Under the pieces are notes generated by a model. The model had not been told where the DNA came from, did not search any database, and saw only the letters and a program-made list of their open reading frames with translations. DNA of 64,000 bases, taken from IMG/VR virus record IMGVR_UViG_3300025009_000098, positions 1,169 through 65,168 of that record, one strand, 5' to 3'. Shown piece after piece: positions 46,401 through 52,850 of this stretch; within the stretch, counting starts at the first letter, position 1; every line of letters begins with the position of its first letter. Made by a program: the position numbers and the translations under genes. The stretch comes from a virus. Lineage: Duplodnaviria; Caudoviricetes.

Positions 46401-48635
46401 GGCACGTTCGTCCTGCAGTTCACCGGCACTGACGGCCGGCCGGTCATCGAGCAGTTCGACTCGATCAGGGAACGCAAGGACGCCATGCTGACCGCCATCG
46501 CCAACGGCGTCGACGAGCAGACGATCGTGCTGAGGATGCAGGATGAGAACCCGGCCGGTGCCGTGGCCATCCCCTCTGAGCTGCTGACCAAGCTGCGCGA
46601 AGCCATTACGACGCAATATATGACCGATGTCGACAAGAAGGACAAGGAGGCCGTCGCCGCGGTCAACAACCAGATCGAGGCTGCCCTTGCTGGCTTCAAC
46701 CAGACCGTGCTGCGTTGGCTGCCGGATACCTCCGCGCTGAAGAACTCGATGACCCGCAAGAGCGTGCTCGGGGCCAACCCGGACATGCTGCGCAGCGTCA
46801 ACGGCTATGTGCAGCGACATGCCGGCAGGATCGCCTGGAGCACGGTCGGCCGCCAGATCGAGGATGATATCGCCGGCTTTGCCAATGAGAATAAGGAAAT
46901 GGCCAAGGTGGGGGATGTCGACCTGACCATGCGCGGTCACCTCCTCAACAACTCTCGAATGTGGCTGCAGGCGGTGCAGAAGGAGCGGGTCAGTGCCCTG
47001 ACCTCACATATCGGCAAGCTGATGACCGGCTACTTCATGACTTCGCCGTCGACTTTCCTGGTGCAGATGACTCAGTTGCCGACCCTGACCCTGCCGCACC
47101 TTGCCGCCAAGTATAAATCCTACGGCAAGGCGGCCTCGGCTATGTCGACGGCACTGGGACAAGCCTTCTCGAAGAAGTTCGCCAAGGAGGCGATGCGCGG
47201 CGACGTCAAGGTCAATGAGGTCTACGACGCCATCCACCGCAAGGTCAGCCATAAGGACAGGACGGCCGGCAAGGCAGTCGGCACTGACTGGTTCACCCAG
47301 AGCGAGAAGCTGGCCATGGTCGGCCGGCTGACCGACTACCAGAAGCAACTGCTCGCCCTGCGCGAAGCGGAGTCCAGGAACCTCCTCGACATCTCGGCGG
47401 TCCATGAGGCGATCGATGTCTCACAGGGCAACCAGCAGGGGATGCTCGGTAAGGCGATGCGGCTGGCAATGCTGCCCATGCAGCACGGCGAGCTGGCCTC
47501 CCGTAAAGCTGCCATCCTCGCCTCGTTCAATCTCGCATCCACCAGCAAGAAGGACTTCTTCGAGGCGATGGACGAGACCGCCGATATCATCGACAAGACG
47601 ATCTACAACTTCAGCAAGCGGGATAAGGGCTGGTTGATGCAGAAGGACCTGATGCGGATCCCCTTCACCTTCCAGACCTACCGGATCAAGACCGCGCTCA
47701 GGCTGGGACTGCTGTTCCGCGACTCGCTGCGCACCTTCAAGAACGAAGGCCTTGAGAAGGGCCTCGCCGACGCATCTACCAAGGAGTTCATCGGCATCTT
47801 CATGACCACCGGCGCCCTGGCCGGTTCTCTCGGTGTCCCCTTCGCCGGCACCGCCATGGGGATCATCTCCCTACTGTTCAGCAGTGACGATGACGAGCCC
47901 AAGGACAAGAAGCTCGAGTACACCAACTTCCTCACCGAGACTTTCGGTCAGACGGTCGGCGACATCCTGGCCTACGGCCTGCCGACGGTCGCCGGCGTGA
48001 ACCTGTCGAGACGTATCGGCATGGGCGACATCTACGGGGCCTCCTCACAGCCGCCGGAGCAACTGCACGGTGCAGGCTTGGCCGCCTGGTGGGCTGGTAA
48101 CCTGATCGGCCCGTCGTACTCGATCGCCGAGTCCTGGGTGAAGGGCTACGACGAGATTATGAACAAGGGGAATTACATGAAGGGCCTTGAGACCGCCAGC
48201 CCAAAACCGATCAAGGATGTCTTCAAGGCGATCAGGACGGCAACTGACGGGGTGAAGGACGGCGCCGGCAAGAAGCTGCTGGACGACAGCCAGATCGGGG
48301 CGGACGAGATATTGATGATCGCTCTGGGGTTCGCTCCCGACGAGATCACCCGAGCCCAGAACGCCGAGCGGAGCCTGCGAGGGATATCCGGACGGATTTC
48401 AACACGGCGGGGCAGGTTGATCAGGCAGGCGGCGGAGGGAGTCATCGACGGGGATGCTTCAGATGCACTGGCGGAGATCAGAGAGTTTAATGCCAAGATG
48501 CCGCGCTTCGCCATCGGCGGGCGGGATATCAAACCGGCCGTGCGCAAGATCCTCAAGGGAGAACTCGGCACGACCGGGCGGCGACAGAGGGATGTGGCTA
48601 CTCAGTTTGGGGTTCCTGTATATCTTGGGGAGTAA
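40479..48635 (+). CDS. large polyvalent ejection protein (ART-like, zincin metallopeptidase, ParB-like and PLxRFG domains)
   Basis: Start ATG 40479 (TAATG). FHGTPH...GTGEGAQAYGHGLYF (from 43539), HEFIH (44685-44699), DHEGRHR (45429-45449), YFPLSRYG (46380-46403). Confidence 0.85.
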   Translation: MAYTDEELLALPVAGKTSFTDEELLNMPSSATVPPPAGIRRSATGEIATGLKRGVIGELPRMVGQAAKWATEPASGIYRKGQQLVTAADERLARPENQLNPEGHNVVTNALASGAEMLAPSVAIPAATGLALAAAPEVAVSGAVGLGIASLAGAVPMGMAQAQDTFENVKVAGGTDESARAAGWKSGAIEAGGETVGTYLGGKLLGIGGKVLAGEGVLKPFAKQLGKTAVGEVGTEMGQSYGEAAVEKGAGVNVDPWQQAKAAIAPTLGMTALLSPFGLAGQYRNSRRARAQEVLDDTPSEDPVTDRVSGELLTTLLPEGIVLNGTKNSMANVSFPTADGQSATINIPIDEVSKLLAANKPDEIAAALEWVEQERAAKIYNKTKNLPTEDYSGVTLPGTIEDKTIRGLAQGGMRSLTTDAAKAPAEQLLAEAEEAMQRRRAELYNQTRNLPAEDYSGVEVPPSRQQPSPGLGMRFSQPPVKPDVSKTPVTGYEADLVKVADTLGNEHFVQKRELAGKGKEIARYTEDGRRTVTTIPRASLVQSQPATVNYTRLPDDPAKPDTVQYNVRGEVRTFAPAEGMSKAEVEEALAARKGPGSQVAWLQKNTVEVKDEDQQAGATQAEVKTDQAGPVEPTAAASGSGVQPPAAEIHTATGDGKAEVATTADAPRPNRKYSDEEAVKGLQYKREGHTGDMQNILDITEETVEVAQVAVKAGESLQDAYDRYVSFTRGYPDVSIEGFADIYANVGGDIGTQKSVSIGRSITENAAKAPAVEKSTPSASAKAPASPPQGVTSSEEVYNNGGTGELMLLRKRSDGLVMLQDTKDNVLGTFPDAKQAATTAKEMGYSWRDETGQLPKRSAVEKPTKAKAAKPKPAAAKPPTLPGVKYDGKNQFTITEGKAKGASFTVKDLSEQEVKKAHDKTVKGFVRSKTAPKASVVARVAARKHEMLAPTVAEIIAEDGTKEFKRVPSVEVYTALAEARRQADPKAKIDDRLFYELASMSEKDYQEVLPLDSVESEMVAFHGTPHTVDKFSMSKVGTGEGAQAYGHGLYFSSAKSVAEWYRDKLAEWQPTVEDMRDYFKPGNIVPAYGGQDRVVKFYEASDGSWTGMGEWAVEVRAVDENGNDIRGERNRIHGTTPKKNNFERITGRKASAGKLYQVDLAPAEDEYLLWDRPLSEQSEKVKAALKPVLKNLQDQYDYAASLVRGGKSQNALELTGRDLYERGLLQGGVDSNEFKGKLDDKGKSEYLHSLGIRGIKYLDGTSRGKGEGNFNYVIFNEDDISILSSEKKTLGGDPDTQESQTIQDGLEGKTALEATKFLVDNAPTASNRIIAEKVRNVLQRLTAQGIKFNFKIAHVGDQVPASLANARGLSSTKFNETPMTVDVWLNGADVTGKSGMSYEVALHEFIHAATQAALHLGNRRAAAGTATAKAVADLYSVTNEIIAHFNARIEANKNDMGNLTALERAIYENRTNALANPHEILAWTLSNKEMQEYLETIKSGPETLWSKFVASIRTLLGLPVSSNTALAKVLAASETIFDAPVLELLQAAKTGTPATVAQTTAMSVEDVQKAAKAVWSDERIDAEIGYAAYDDGRTKAVVGFVNPKEFVASTVDEQFKARKITREAGNLDLAKLRRESQSMFLYVSEDRKIIDHEGRHRMAALAAAGIERVPVILDYRAGKMRFDSKSVNLMGQVFPMGMGKDLIVHDVTPLTFENKRKIAKMMSGDDVAVSFYQSSVESQMISSLNTAVKDARTTAANALASLNNPKDALHDKWLQHAPKVLAVTPLSHLAQTYGKTIHWIKDLAKHTNELEATTTRLIDDFFAIHEEATKAAESETGIDKFNRAMLVATFNQMNPTKELSKQDWVSDKLPPGQQIVDAQKKWVDAGMQKATGMTFTQAYAESKKEYEALGPKTQKQMVEIAKYLGKLRDMDRDASLAFIEKVSKEGSDLRKSLMEQFNNSFSRLKGMYFPLSRYGTFVLQFTGTDGRPVIEQFDSIRERKDAMLTAIANGVDEQTIVLRMQDENPAGAVAIPSELLTKLREAITTQYMTDVDKKDKEAVAAVNNQIEAALAGFNQTVLRWLPDTSALKNSMTRKSVLGANPDMLRSVNGYVQRHAGRIAWSTVGRQIEDDIAGFANENKEMAKVGDVDLTMRGHLLNNSRMWLQAVQKERVSALTSHIGKLMTGYFMTSPSTFLVQMTQLPTLTLPHLAAKYKSYGKAASAMSTALGQAFSKKFAKEAMRGDVKVNEVYDAIHRKVSHKDRTAGKAVGTDWFTQSEKLAMVGRLTDYQKQLLALREAESRNLLDISAVHEAIDVSQGNQQGMLGKAMRLAMLPMQHGELASRKAAILASFNLASTSKKDFFEAMDETADIIDKTIYNFSKRDKGWLMQKDLMRIPFTFQTYRIKTALRLGLLFRDSLRTFKNEGLEKGLADASTKEFIGIFMTTGALAGSLGVPFAGTAMGIISLLFSSDDDEPKDKKLEYTNFLTETFGQTVGDILAYGLPTVAGVNLSRRIGMGDIYGASSQPPEQLHGAGLAAWWAGNLIGPSYSIAESWVKGYDEIMNKGNYMKGLETASPKPIKDVFKAIRTATDGVKDGAGKKLLDDSQIGADEILMIALGFAPDEITRAQNAERSLRGISGRISTRRGRLIRQAAEGVIDGDASDALAEIREFNAKMPRFAIGGRDIKPAVRKILKGELGTTGRRQRDVATQFGVPVYLGE

Positions 48636-48903
48636 TCTTTTCAAATCCGGCTTTGATTGCTTCGTTGATCTGCTTTCGCCCTGCGCCGTACATAAAGTGA
48701 TTCTCGATTGCTTCTGAGATCGCTTTATGTACGATATCGCAGACTTTATCTTCCCAAGGGTACGACGCTACCGACCTCTCAATTTCCGCATCTACCGCTG
48801 CACCGAGTTCGCTTCCTCTGATACCTAAGTGTGCGATGATTGACGATTTTATTCCTTCTATCTCAAATCTCAATGTTGGAACTGTCTTGAAGTCCATAAT
48901 CAC
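48598..48903 (-). CDS. hypothetical protein (last gene of the minus arm)
   Basis: 101 aa; 3' end overlaps the giant gene by 38 bp. Confidence 0.65.
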   Translation of the reverse strand: MIMDFKTVPTLRFEIEGIKSSIIAHLGIRGSELGAAVDAEIERSVASYPWEDKVCDIVHKAISEAIENHFMYGAGRKQINEAIKAGFEKITPQDIQEPQTE

Positions 48904-49253
48904 TCCTCCAACAAAGGCGCAAGAGCAGAAACGATAGCTTTGAACAGGTGGTCTTTCGCCTGCTGCTCCGGAGGCAGTTGCTTGTAGGGCACCATGCAGG
49001 GATGAGTTTTCTTCTCGGTGTCCTTCACCTCGCCGTACACCCAGCCCTCAGCCTTCTTCTGCTTGAGCCAGGAGTTGTGGTTGGCACTGGCCGGGGCCTT
49101 GGGGTTGTCCAAACAGAACTTCACGCCGGCAATGGCACTGGCCCGCTGCCACTCTGGGGATGCCATCCACGACTGCTGGCTGTCGTCTCTCAAGGCATTA
49201 CACAGTTCGCGGTTTGCTTCGTGGCATACTGATGCGATCTCTTGGATTTTCAT
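48900..49253 (-). CDS. RyR-domain protein
   Basis: HNSWLKQKKAEGWVYGEVKDTEKKTHPCMVPYKQLPPEQQAKD. Confidence 0.9.
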   Translation of the reverse strand: MKIQEIASVCHEANRELCNALRDDSQQSWMASPEWQRASAIAGVKFCLDNPKAPASANHNSWLKQKKAEGWVYGEVKDTEKKTHPCMVPYKQLPPEQQAKDHLFKAIVSALAPLLEE

Positions 49254-49265
49254 GGTGTTCTCCTT

Positions 49266-49529
49266 TTAAGGTTTGACTTCTTCGTTCTTCATAAGCTTGA
49301 GTTTTTCATTTACTGAGTTTATAACCCCAGTCAGTAGCGCGTAAGGATTTATATGGATCATTGACTCTCTAGTAATTACCTGCTGAACTGCATAGGTGTT
49401 TCGAGTCTTTCGGCAGTAGTGCCGAAAATCCAGCCGCAACGCGTTGAGGTCTACCTGGGCAGTTATTGTACACTGCGGCCTGATACCTGCATCAAGGGCT
49501 ACTAAGAAATCATACGTCTGCTTTATCAC
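49266..49529 (-). CDS. hypothetical protein
   Basis: 87-aa ORF in the minus-strand operon. Confidence 0.6.
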   Translation of the reverse strand: MIKQTYDFLVALDAGIRPQCTITAQVDLNALRLDFRHYCRKTRNTYAVQQVITRESMIHINPYALLTGVINSVNEKLKLMKNEEVKP

Positions 49530-49865
49530 TCATCCCTCCTTCTTTATAAGTTCCTCGGCTTCGGCGAGGGCTGCTAAAATATCGTTGCCTTCGTCGTCCG
49601 GTATAGACTGCATCACTACTTGAGATATCTTGCAGTGAACGGCATTGAGTTTTTTCACAGCCTCTACCAACCTCTGATGTGAGGCGGCGAGTTTCTCAAT
49701 ACCATACAGGTGAGTGACTGTTACCAGACCGTCTTCTTTCTTATCCACTCGCAGGACCTGCCCAACCATAGATGGGAAGCCACAGCCGAGTTCTTCAAAA
49801 AGACAAGCCGCGTAACGGGTGCCCTCAATAGTTACTGTGTTGTCATCGTGCTGTTCTATTCTCAT
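49530..49865 (-). CDS. hypothetical protein
   Basis: 111 aa with GGAGG RBS. Confidence 0.65.
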   Translation of the reverse strand: MRIEQHDDNTVTIEGTRYAACLFEELGCGFPSMVGQVLRVDKKEDGLVTVTHLYGIEKLAASHQRLVEAVKKLNAVHCKISQVVMQSIPDDEGNDILAALAEAEELIKKEG

Positions 49866-50107
49866 TCTACCTCCTTCGGTCCCTCGACCTCTTCCGGCGT
49901 CGGCTCTCCGCTCATCTCTTTGGTGACATCGATCACCATGAAGGTCTTGCCGCCACCCTCGACGGTGCAGACGCCGGCTGCTACGGTGTCGAACTGGAGG
50001 CGGGTGGTTGCTTCTTTTACAACTTGCTGTAGGCCAATCATATAGCCTATTGTCAGCAAGGCTACTACCAGCAGTACTGCTACGAAATGACTCGTTGTAT
50101 CATTCAC
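49862..50107 (-). CDS. small membrane protein
   Basis: N-terminal TM; GTG start behind GAGGAG. Confidence 0.6.
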   Translation of the reverse strand: MNDTTSHFVAVLLVVALLTIGYMIGLQQVVKEATTRLQFDTVAAGVCTVEGGGKTFMVIDVTKEMSGEPTPEEVEGPKEVE

Positions 50108-50231
50108 TTGACATCTCCTCAATTGTTTGCTACCATTTTCTTACATGGTCTCGGATCCGGGGGTTGTCCTCGGGCTCCTCAGAAACCCCTCTTCGATCAA
50201 GCTGGTGCAGGCTCAGGTTGGGGAGGGGTTT

Positions 50232-51233
50232 TTATTTGTTCCTCCGCTGAATTTCCCAAGCCTCTTCCACGACTGCCTTGTTGCAAGTATCGATTATCTC
50301 CTTCCGCGTAGCCTCTCTTTTCCGCGCAGTACAGACAAGGCACTTCTGGAAGTACGGAGGCTCGTCGATGTTCCAGGTCTCCGGATGTTCGCACTTCGCT
50401 ACGTACTCTGGGTCTACGTCCCAGGCGTACCAGCGGCCGATATCTGCTTTGATAACTTCTGTACGGTACGGTGGCTCTGGCTCAGGTAGGTCTACCGTGA
50501 TACCGGCCGGATACGTTTTCCAGTCAATGGCGTCACCGCGTAACCGCAACTCCAACTGCGCCAGCACGTTCCAACACTTATGAGCGTCGTGCAGTAGGCC
50601 GGAGTCCTGGTCGTACTCCTCATGCCTGGACTTCAGCAGGTGCCGCCACTCGGCGTCCTTGTAGCGGGTCAGGGCATCAGGTACTGACTGCCACCCGCCT
50701 CGTGAATATTTCTTCGCCCCGTGGGTGCCGACCTCGGCCACTGCCTGCAGGGCCAGGGAGAAATCACTGAGGGTGGCGGCCAGCAACTTGCCGCCATCGA
50801 GCTTGGCCCCAGGCTCATGCGCCTCGGCACCGGTGGGGTCGAACTCATTTGAAGGACCAGATCCTTTCTTGCTCTCACATTTCGGACACACCTGCGGCTC
50901 GTTGGGGGTCTTCAGTACGCTGTACATCCCATGCACTGGGCACTTTGCCATGCTGTAGCCTTCCTCCGGCTCTACCCCATCGGCTTTTTCCTCCTCAATC
51001 TGGCGGTACAGGGCGGCCTGGGTCAGACAGGTGGGGCAGGTCTTCTGCTTGGAGGTGACTTCGTACTCGCCGTGGACGGGGCAGGTCAGGACAAGTTGAG
51101 CTTTTGTCTTTTCCTCTCTCGGAGGTAAATTCAACCCACAGTCTACGCACTTTACTATTCCGCGGGTTATTGTCCGCGTTCGGTGGTGGTCACAGTTTAA
51201 GGCGGTGAGGTGTTCATCATTGTACGTCATCAC
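50232..51233 (-). CDS. dATP/dGTP diphosphohydrolase (DUF5664-like) fused to zinc ribbons
   Basis: GAKLDGGK...VAEVGTHGAKKYSRGGW...RYKDAEWRH...DQDSGLLHDAH; N-terminal CPVHG...CPxC twice. Confidence 0.8.
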   Translation of the reverse strand: MMTYNDEHLTALNCDHHRTRTITRGIVKCVDCGLNLPPREEKTKAQLVLTCPVHGEYEVTSKQKTCPTCLTQAALYRQIEEEKADGVEPEEGYSMAKCPVHGMYSVLKTPNEPQVCPKCESKKGSGPSNEFDPTGAEAHEPGAKLDGGKLLAATLSDFSLALQAVAEVGTHGAKKYSRGGWQSVPDALTRYKDAEWRHLLKSRHEEYDQDSGLLHDAHKCWNVLAQLELRLRGDAIDWKTYPAGITVDLPEPEPPYRTEVIKADIGRWYAWDVDPEYVAKCEHPETWNIDEPPYFQKCLVCTARKREATRKEIIDTCNKAVVEEAWEIQRRNK

Positions 51234-51409
51234 TCAATCTCCTTCTCAATAAGGGTTTGTAATTCTTTCAGCCTCTCGATCTCCCGCTCCTTGGCGCCGA
51301 TCAGGTCCGCGCAGGACACTTTCGCCGGGACCCAGAGTCCCTTGCTGATAAACTCACGCAACAGGGCGCCTTGGATGCGGTGGGCGGTCATGAATTTCAG
51401 GAGGTTCAT
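51230..51409 (-). CDS. small hypothetical protein
   Basis: Not in track: MNLLKFMTAHRIQGALLREF...; coupled on both sides. Confidence 0.55.
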   Translation of the reverse strand: MNLLKFMTAHRIQGALLREFISKGLWVPAKVSCADLIGAKEREIERLKELQTLIEKEIE

Positions 51410-51558
51410 TCAGGAACCTCCAGCTCGAATACAGCTCTCTCAAAATGGCCAAGGTTGTGTGCTTCCATGTAGTTCTCTGCCTCTTCTTCTGAATCAAACG
51501 GCCCTACAACTCCTTGCACGCCATCAAATATTCCGCCGTACATTATTACATATTTCAT
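51406..51558 (-). CDS. small hypothetical protein
   Basis: Not in track: MKYVIMYGGIFDGVQGVVGPFDSEEEAENY...; ATGA overlaps. Confidence 0.6.
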   Translation of the reverse strand: MKYVIMYGGIFDGVQGVVGPFDSEEEAENYMEAHNLGHFERAVFELEVPE

Positions 51559-51968
51559 AAAAATTCCTCCCAAGGCATCATGTTCATTTCTCTCCCCTCT
51601 TTCTTCTCATCTTCCTTACCTCTAATTCTCCATAACTCTGTAGCCTGACAACAACATCCTACCTGGCCAAACAAATCAGAAAGTCCTGATGCTTTCTTAA
51701 GAACAATTATCAATTCTGGATTTTCTTCTATGTACATATCCCATAGAGCGGAATAATAAGAGGCACAGTAATCAGCATTTACTGCCCTTCTTCCTTTAGC
51801 TGCTCTCCAGGACAATCCTGTATCACCGTTTTTGAATACTTTTGAGGCTTGATATAAATCCTCAATAGACTTCCCCCCAAGAGATTTTATTCTTGCATAA
51901 AAAGCTGAGAATCTTTTATCCCCTTTTGAAGAACATTCAAGGTATGGTGCTTTTCCTATTTTTATCAT
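51555..51968 (-). CDS. NADAR-like protein (putative ADP-ribosyl glycohydrolase)
   Basis: LECSSKGDKRFSAF...SIEDLYQASKVF...AKG...CQA resembles DarT1-associated NADAR proteins; AT-rich. Confidence 0.55.
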   Translation of the reverse strand: MIKIGKAPYLECSSKGDKRFSAFYARIKSLGGKSIEDLYQASKVFKNGDTGLSWRAAKGRRAVNADYCASYYSALWDMYIEENPELIIVLKKASGLSDLFGQVGCCCQATELWRIRGKEDEKKEGREMNMMPWEEFL

Positions 51969-51998
51969 AAGAACTCCTCCCAAGGCATCATGTTCATT
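51555..51998. repeat. 34-bp direct repeat (51555-51588 / 51965-51998) flanking the NADAR-like gene
   Basis: TCATAA(A/G)AA(T/C)TCCTCCCAAGGCATCATGTTCATT; both copies encode MNMMPWEEFL-stop. Confidence 0.95.
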
Positions 51999-52834
51999 AC
52001 TCGCTGCATATCAGGATGAGCCGCCGGGACAGTCCTGAGCGTACGAATGTGATTCCATTCAGCAGCATCAGCTGTGACTACGATCTCAGTTTTCAGGGCG
52101 TTGGGCAGGACGGCCCGGGCTTGTTGGGGAGAAAGTTCTCCAATACTCAACATGAACTTATATTGAGCTTCCGATATCGAACAACTATCACGGAAAGTAA
52201 GTTTTCCAGATCCATCCCAATCTTCAAATTCAGTCGGCTCAATAAACTCCATATCCTTGCCAGCATAATTCACATACCTAGTTGACTCCTGTGCAAATGA
52301 GCATGGACGATGCCGCACCAACTCATGGCTGACGCCGCGATCACAAATGAATTTAGCTGAATAACGATGAAGGGCTGGTGGAATCTCGTTGTAGGAACAA
52401 ACTTCCCACTGACCGCAGCTACCTTCAGATAAATTAAGCCCAAATAATTCACTATATAATTCGTGAAATGGAGCAAATACTGGTTTGGGAGAATTAAGCA
52501 TAACGCGTTGATACCAAGCAGTTAAACTTCCGCCAACATAGCTGTATATACCTCTATGAAAAAAAGTAAGATATTTTCCAATTATATTTTTAATCTTATC
52601 TTCAAATTGAATGTTATATGGCCGCTCAAGTCTAACCACAAAATTAGAATGCTCTACCATAGCCAAATGCCCGGCAGCGATCAGTTTCCTGACGAACTTC
52701 TCGGCGCTGTCCGGGGTGATCTTGTCCTCTGACTTATAGCAGGTCCTGCCGGCGACCTCGATGAACCGCAAGGCTCCCTCGTAGTCCGTCGGCACCGCTC
52801 CGTAAAACTCAACACTTGGACTGATGATTTTCAT
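51965..52834 (-). CDS. thyX: FAD-dependent thymidylate synthase
   Basis: AGRTCYKS, GHLAMVEH, RHRPCSFAQESTRY (ThyX motif), QARAVLP, AHPDM. Confidence 0.95.
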   Translation of the reverse strand: MKIISPSVEFYGAVPTDYEGALRFIEVAGRTCYKSEDKITPDSAEKFVRKLIAAGHLAMVEHSNFVVRLERPYNIQFEDKIKNIIGKYLTFFHRGIYSYVGGSLTAWYQRVMLNSPKPVFAPFHELYSELFGLNLSEGSCGQWEVCSYNEIPPALHRYSAKFICDRGVSHELVRHRPCSFAQESTRYVNYAGKDMEFIEPTEFEDWDGSGKLTFRDSCSISEAQYKFMLSIGELSPQQARAVLPNALKTEIVVTADAAEWNHIRTLRTVPAAHPDMQRVMNMMPWEEFL

Positions 52835-52850
52835 AAGGTCTCCTTATATG

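Noticed and set aside
50130-50234. Readthrough of the TAA at 50232-50234 (33 further open codons)
   Set aside because: An open stretch this short arises easily by chance, and the gap contains an inverted repeat (50183-50191/50223-50231) that explains it as non-coding.
50232-52834. Z-genome or 7-deazaguanine DNA modification system
   Set aside because: Only the diphosphohydrolase-like domain and ThyX are present; no PurZ, DatZ, DpdA, FolE or QueC/D/E recognisable.
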